From positions 197,470,001-197,534,000 of the forward strand of contig OZ024741.1 of the NCBI GenBank assembly GCA_964016885.1: DNA of 64,000 nucleotides, in the 5' to 3' direction. Positions 57,442 to 64,000 of this stretch are shown piece after piece (within the stretch, counting starts at the first letter, position 1; every line of letters begins with the position of its first letter). The DNA comes from Eledone cirrhosa (Eukaryota). A model generated the notes under the pieces. That model was not told the DNA's origin and ran no database searches. It saw only the letters and a list, made by a program, of their open reading frames with translations. The position numbers and the translations under genes are program-made.

Positions 57442-57660
57442 ATGTTCAGGACCCCGACGGCAGAGCTCATACCGTTTCGACGGCTATTTCTGGACCTAAA
57501 TAGGACCAGAAATACCTAGGTCCAGAAATAGCCATCGAAACGGCTTGAGCTCTGCCGTCGGGGTCCTGAAACTTTTCCTATTATCCACTCTACTACCCTA
57601 AGTATCGAGTACTCTGGTGCGTTATGGTCCACCTGGTTCCTTACCACACTTCCTTAATTA
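57437..57660. mobile_element. Family B hairpin element, copy 3 (opposite orientation, more diverged)
   Basis: Palindrome at about 57443-57572 with a complex centre; unique arm is the reverse complement of copies 1, 2 and 4. Confidence 0.85.
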
Positions 57661-58233
57661 TCTAGCTCCTACATCCGTAGTGGAATACTTTCCACTACTT
57701 TCCACATATATATATATATATGTATGTATGTGTATGTGTATATTCACCCACATATACACATACACATACATATATATATACATACACATGCACATATATA
57801 ATGAAGGAATAAACCGAACATAAATGTAATCACACATATATATATTCAATTAGTTGTATGTATATAAATAAGTTAAATGGTGAATAGTGAATGACGTAGA
57901 CAAAGAATTCTGATTTAATTGAAATTCTCCTCTTAGAGACAGTAAACAAAATCCTACCGGTTATTGTTAGCGACTTTCGCAGAAAAGAAGAGATAGTTTT
58001 ACGAAATTACGAACTAATTTCGTTCATTACAAAAATGGCCAATCTGATGTTTTTTTTAGCAATCCGATGGCACGGTTTGGTCGTATTGAACTTCGGCAGC
58101 GAATCAATTAAATTTAAGCCTCCTTGTTCAGTTGATAATGCAAAAAGAGTTACGAATATTTTTCGACCAGTAGTTATTTTCAGAGTAAAAAACTAAAATA
58201 AGCCAAAGGAAATATTTCGTAAAAATAATTAAT

Positions 58234-58416
58234 TGTTTCTACTTTAGGCACAAGGCCAGCAATTACCCAGTACATTACTGGTACTTTATTTTATCGACCC
58301 CGAAAGGATGAAAGGCAAAGTTAACCTCGGCAGGATTTGAACTCAGTCCGTAAAGGGACGTAACTATGCTGGAAAGCATGGCGTCCGACTCTCTACCGAT
58401 ACTGCCAATCCAACGC
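58234..58416 (-). mobile_element. tRNA-derived SINE
   Basis: 21-bp TSD tatttcgtaaaaataattaat. Confidence 0.92.
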
Positions 58417-58457
58417 TATTTCGTAAAAATAATTAATGGCATAAATATAGATAGATA

Positions 58458-58591
58458 ATTGTTTCTACTTTTGGCACAAGGCCATCAATTACCCAGTACA
58501 TTACTGGCACTTTATTTTATCGACCCTGTAAGGATGAAAGGCAAAGTTAACCTCGGCGGGATTTGAACTCAGACCGTAAAGGGACGTAACT
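58458..58591 (-). mobile_element. 5'-truncated SINE
   Basis: Matches the tail and B box of the adjacent copy. Confidence 0.85.
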
Positions 58592-59131
58592 AATGTACCG
58601 AAAAACCTATTTATCTAATTTCATTAACCCAACATATTTGAATTATTTTCTTTAGCACATAAACTTTGACACTCTAATTTCTACTCGCCGAGAATCTTCG
58701 CAACTCATTTTCGAATTGGGAAAATCTTTGTCAACCGATCAAGGAGGCTCGAGTTTGACTGTACTTCACCGACGAGACAAAATAGTGTCCAAACACGCCC
58801 TTGGGTTTCTCCGTGTCTACTATTAAACAAACATGAAATCCCGCATCTCAGCATATAAATTATTGTTTGTTTTTAATTATCTTTCCTTATCCGCAAGAAT
58901 CGTTAACAAACACTATTAGGTTCTTATGTTATTTCTCCTGCTATACGAAAAACAGCAATTAATTAATTTTTTTTTTTTTAGTGTACGCCACAGAGTACAC
59001 CACCCTTCAACATATATTAAATTAAGGCCATTAGTCCACCAGAGGTATTTACAGCTTTTAGTTTTGGAAATATATACAATCATACACAGGTAGCTTATAT
59101 TCAAAGGCAATTACATGTGCGTGCACGCACT

Positions 59132-59612
59132 CATAAACATAATGCTACATATAGTAGGGACACATTTAGACATATATGGCGGCACATACATATAATGCTA
59201 CATATAGTAGGGACACATTTAGACATATATGGCGGCACATACATATAATGCTACATATAGTAGGGAGACATTTAGACATATATGGCGACACATACATATA
59301 ATGCTACATATAGTAACGAGACATTTAGACATATATGGCGACACATACATATAATGCTACATATAGTAGGGAGACATTTAGACATATATGGCGACACATA
59401 CATATAATGCTACATATAGTAACGAGACATTTAGACATATATGGCGACACATAAACATAATGTTACATATAGTAGGGAGACATTTAGACATATATGGCGA
59501 CACATACATATAATGCTACATATAGTAGGGAGACATTTAGACATATATGGCGACACATACATATAATGCTACATATAGTAGGGAGACATTTAGACATATA
59601 TGGCGACACATA
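59132..59612. repeat. 53-bp minisatellite, about 9 copies
   Basis: acatacatataatgctacatatagtagggagacatttagacatatatggcgac. Confidence 0.95.
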
Positions 59613-59714
59613 CACGTCTACTCTATCTGACGGTCTTACTCTCATTTGCTCTCTCTCACCTACATCAATCCATCCATCTATACATCCAACCATACATACA
59701 TCCATACATACACA

Positions 59715-60179
59715 TGATGATGATGATGATGATGATGGTAATGACGATAATGATGGTAATGACGATGTGGTGGTGATGATGATGGTGGTGATGATGTTGA
59801 TGATGATGGTGATGGTGGTGATGATGATGGTGGTGGTGATGATGGTGATGATCATGATGGTGGTGGTGATGATGTTGATGATGATGGTGATGGTGGTGAT
59901 CATGATGGTGGTGATGATGTTGATGGTGATGGTGGTGGTGATGATGATGTGGTGGTGATGATGATGGTGATGATGTTGATGATGATGGTGATGGTGGTGA
60001 TGATGATGGTGGTGATGGTGATGGTGGTGGTGATGAGGATGGTGGTGATGATGATGATGATGGTGTGGTGGTGATGCTGATGGTGATGGTGATGATGTTG
60101 ATGATGATGATGGTGATGATGTTGTTGATGATGGTGATGATGGTGGTGATGATGATGGTGATGATGATGGTGATGGTGG

Positions 60180-60214
<35 letters not shown>

Positions 60215-60388
60215 GTGATGGTGGTGGTGATGATGATGATGGTGATGATGATGATGATGATGGAGATGATGATGATGGTGATGATGGTGATGATGATGGT
60301 GATGGTGATCATGTTGATGATGATTATGATGGTGATGATGATGATGATGATGGTGATGGTGGTGATGATGATGATGATGGTGATGATA
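59715..60388. repeat. Mixed (GAT/GGT)n trinucleotide tract
   Basis: Visible directly in the sequence. Confidence 0.95.
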
Positions 60389-61334
60389 CGAACACTAGAA
60401 TAAAGAGTCTCCGAGAGAAAAAAAAGAAAACCGACGATGGCGATGGCAATTGTTGGTATTGAACTACAGAATCGGAATAGAGAAGGAATGAAAATAATAA
60501 TTATAGTAAATATATATATATATATATATATTTACGTACACACACATACTCATATATGTATACATACACATACACACATATATATATATATATATATGTA
60601 TATATCTGTATAAATATATATAAGCGTGTGTGTGTATATATATATACACATATGTATGTAATTATATATATATATATATAAATATATATATATGTGTGTG
60701 TGTGGGTGTGTGTGTGTGTGTGTTTGTGTTGTGATAGAAAAAAGATATTAATGGAGAAGAAAAAGAAGTAAAGAAATTGAGAGGGAGAGGAAGGAATGAA
60801 CGGGAGAAGAGGAGATATGACTAAAAGAAAATAAGCGTAATTAATATTAAAAAAAAAAAATGAAAGAGAAACTGAATGAAAGAAAAAATGATTGTCAGAA
60901 GAAAAAAATGTCGGTAGGAGAAAAAGAAATTTAACAAAAGTAGTTCAGGAAAAAGAAAAAGATTGAAAGAAATGAACGAGAGAAAAATAGATGTAAACAG
61001 GAAAGAAAGAAAGAGGAGGTGATTGAAAGAAGAAAGAAATGAATGAAAGAGACGAGTAAAACATATCCTACACAAAATAAGGAGAAGAAAAAACATAAGA
61101 AAGAAATTAAGGAAGAAGTTGAGAAAACTAGTTTAATGAATGAAATAAATAAGTGAATGCTGCAGAATTAAATATTTTTTTAAAAAAGGAAAACAAAGAG
61201 ACGAAAGATGGAGAGCAAATAATGAAAGTACAAAGAAAGAAAAAAATAGAAATACGTAAAAGAGAGACAGTAACAAAAATTAGAGAAGAAGCGAATGACA
61301 GCGACGAACAAAAGACACACACATACGTTTATAC

Positions 61335-61407
<73 letters not shown>

Positions 61408-61408
<1 letters not shown>

Positions 61409-61600
61409 CGAAGTAGTTGTGGTAAGGAACCAGGTGGACCATAACGCACCAAAGTACTCAATACTTAGGGTAGTAGAGTGGGTAATAGGAACAAGTAAGG
61501 CCCCGACGGCTGAGCTCAGGCCGTTTCGACGGCTAATTCTGTACAGAATTAGCCGTCGAAACGGCTTGAGCTCAGCCGTCGGGGTCTTACTTGTTCCTAT
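61408..61600. mobile_element. Family B hairpin element, copy 4
   Basis: Same ends as copies 1 and 2; loopless palindrome 61485-61600. Confidence 0.9.
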
Positions 61601-61699
61601 ATATATATATATGCGTGTGTGTGTGTATGTGTGCGTGCGTGTGTGTGTATGTGTGCGTGTGTGCGTGTGTGTGTGTGCGTGTGCGCGTATATGCATATA

Positions 61700-62921
61700 C
61701 AGGGTGTAACAGGTAAATTGGGACCATTTATATATTTTTGTAAATGTTGTTTATGCCAATTTATTGTGGAGTGTTTAACACTTATTTCAGCTCAATGTGA
61801 CTGCCACTTGCTTTTTTTACCAGTTTAATCCATTTATGAAATGATGCGCATTCCTTAAGTATTTCTTCCTTTTTCATTTTACCAAATGCTTGCTTGATCA
61901 AAGCCTTCAGTGAAGACACACAGTTGTGAGAAGTTGCGTTGGATATTGCTGCAACTGCGCCCCATAGCCAAAAACCACATGGATTCAAATCTGGTGAGCT
62001 AGAGCACCAGATATCTTTAGGGACAAAAATGAGCAATTCCTTCTTCAAAATCTCTTGCACTCTTTTCGAAGAATGGGCGGGCGCAGAGTCCTGTACAAAC
62101 ATGACTCAACTTTCATCATAATGCTTCCTAATTCAAGGCAACAAAACTTCTAAGATTTTGAGATACTCTGTTGTGTTGATTTAAAGACCCGCTTCAATAA
62201 AATAAGGAGGCATAAATTTCTCATCACTTGCAACAACTCCAAAGACCGTAATGGTAGCCGGATTCTTGCTATGTGTAGCTAGAATCCGGCTACCATTACG
62301 GTCTCACTTGTGAGTTTTGATGGCTTGCAACTTTCTCAACGAAAATGCGGACGTCTCTGCCATGATGTTTCAGATGACTTAGAAGTTTGGGACTTCTTTC
62401 AGATTGAATGGCTTTGAAGCAGGCAGTTGGGATGTTACGGTGTCTCCTCACATAGGATTTTGTATTGAGATCTTGTCTCATAGCCCTAGAAATGGTAATT
62501 TTACTGATTCTTCGATCTTGAACCAACTCCCCCTTCAATTTTGATGAGTTCAGCTCAATCTATATTTTAAGTCCTGCTAAGAAGCGAGGTGTGCCTTTTC
62601 AGTCACAGTGAGGACTATGGGGCTTTCTTTGAACATCCTGACTTTTCTTCAAAATTTGCTACAACTCTAAAAGCAATAGATCTGGCATACTTTGTGGCTC
62701 TAACAATCTACCCAGCACTTTTGCTGGCGCGGAATAATTCGGCAATTACAATTCTATGGTTTCATTCTTTATTAACATACTATTTTTTCAATTTCAGATT
62801 GAACAAATTATAATTAAGTGATTATTCAAGGTGGTAATATTTAAGATTTAGTCTCCAACAAAATCTATACAATTAGAAATATACCCATTTGAAACTTGTC
62901 CCAACTTACCTGTTACACACA

Positions 62922-62922
<1 letters not shown>
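61700..62922 (-). mobile_element. Tc1/mariner DD37D (maT) transposon, degenerate
   Basis: 25-bp TIRs cagggtgtaacaggtaaattgggac / gtcccaacttacctgttacacacag; TA TSD; QDSAPAH followed by 37 residues to SPDLNPC(G), third Asp mutated. Confidence 0.9.
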
Positions 62923-62966
<44 letters not shown>

Positions 62967-63045
62967 AGCACACCCACCCACACCACATATGTATGTATAC
63001 ATACATGCATAATACATACATAAACATATATATACATACAAACAT

Positions 63046-63990
63046 GATGGCTGTACCCTCGTTATCGAGTATGGCCATTGCACGATATACCATTATTAAT
63101 AATTATTAATTAATTCTATCGTTTAATACCTGTGCGTGAAGATATTTTTTAAAGTGAGGAAAGACTGTGCACTGAGCCAATCCCACTCTCTGAGCGACAG
63201 TAGCTATAACCCGAAACGAAGAAAAGATCAACATCATCGCTAACTACTGAGCCGCAGGTTTTATATCGGAGTTATCCCAATTTCCTGAGTTGCCTTCTCC
63301 TAGAAAATTGCCCTGACAAAGGCTACGGGTCCTTCACTCCCAGTAGTTTAACCGCGCGATCGGGTGTCCAGCCCGACTATTTCTATGTCCACGCGCATAT
63401 ACATACACATGCACCCATGTATATACACATATACATATAGATGCATATGTACATGTGTATATACATATTTACACACTTTTGGATGGCCGTTGACTCTTAT
63501 GAGTTCTTCCGCCCTTTGTCAGGTTTTGTTTTTTGTCTTGCAGGGTGTCCAAAATCACACTCCTCACTAAGTAAACTCGGTGGGGCTGCCGGTTTAGTCA
63601 CCGACGACCCCGACCATGCGACAAGTCACTCTTGAGTGCTACTGGCAACATGTAACATACATTTATACATACATACATGAAGGCTGCCTCTTCGTTATCG
63701 AGTATGACCATTGCACGATAACATTATTAATAATTATCAATTAATGCTACCGTGCAATGCCTGAGCGTGGAGATTTTTTCTACATACATATATACATACA
63801 TGATGGCTACCCCCTCGTTTTCGAGTATGGCCACCACACATCATCTTGAAAAACATATTAAAAAATATTTTATCGGTATTGCGATTTTGGCCCAGCTAAT
63901 GCTTTAAAGTGTCTTGCACAGAGTTGACATGTGTGCAATAGCAGGCTGTGGTTGGTCGTCATGTACTTTCACATGTCGTTTGAGTCCTCT
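63046..63990 (-). mobile_element. Cluster of RTE-related termini at (CATA)n tracts
   Basis: Three repeats of catga.ggct....ctcgtt.tcgagtatg.cca, each after (CATA)n; segment 63476-63655 is homologous to 23260-23445. Confidence 0.6.
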
Positions 63991-64000
63991 AACTGATCTG

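Noticed and set aside
59484-60403. Met/Val- and His-rich ORFs
   Set aside because: Products of the (GAT/GGT)n tract and the 53-bp minisatellite.

Overview
This is eukaryotic, AT-rich, microsatellite-dense DNA. The SINE families resemble those of octopods, but that host call is an inference. I found no host gene that I can support; the window is almost entirely transposable elements and repeats. It holds at least six Penelope-like element (PLE) fragments (Naiad-like and Neptune-like GIY-YIG types), four R4/Dong-like restriction-like-endonuclease (REL) LINE pieces, RTE and CRE LINE fragments, and about ten tRNA-derived SINEs, many with clean target site duplications (TSDs). DNA elements include a complete Buster-type hAT transposon, a DD37D (maT) Tc1/mariner and a non-autonomous Helitron. 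There is also a 3.6-kb two-variant 21-bp satellite and other minisatellites. Three signals stand out. (1) Short non-coding elements carrying hammerhead ribozyme (HHR) motifs sit in (TA)n tracts as head-to-head foldbacks, with fixed outer ends and variable centres. (2) A 591-bp tandem HHR-bounded unit resembles a retrozyme. (3) A Naiad-like PLE has RT and endonuclease in one frame, interrupted only by a TGA at a conserved Cys, a candidate selenocysteine codon. All calls were made by eye, with no database searches or folding runs.
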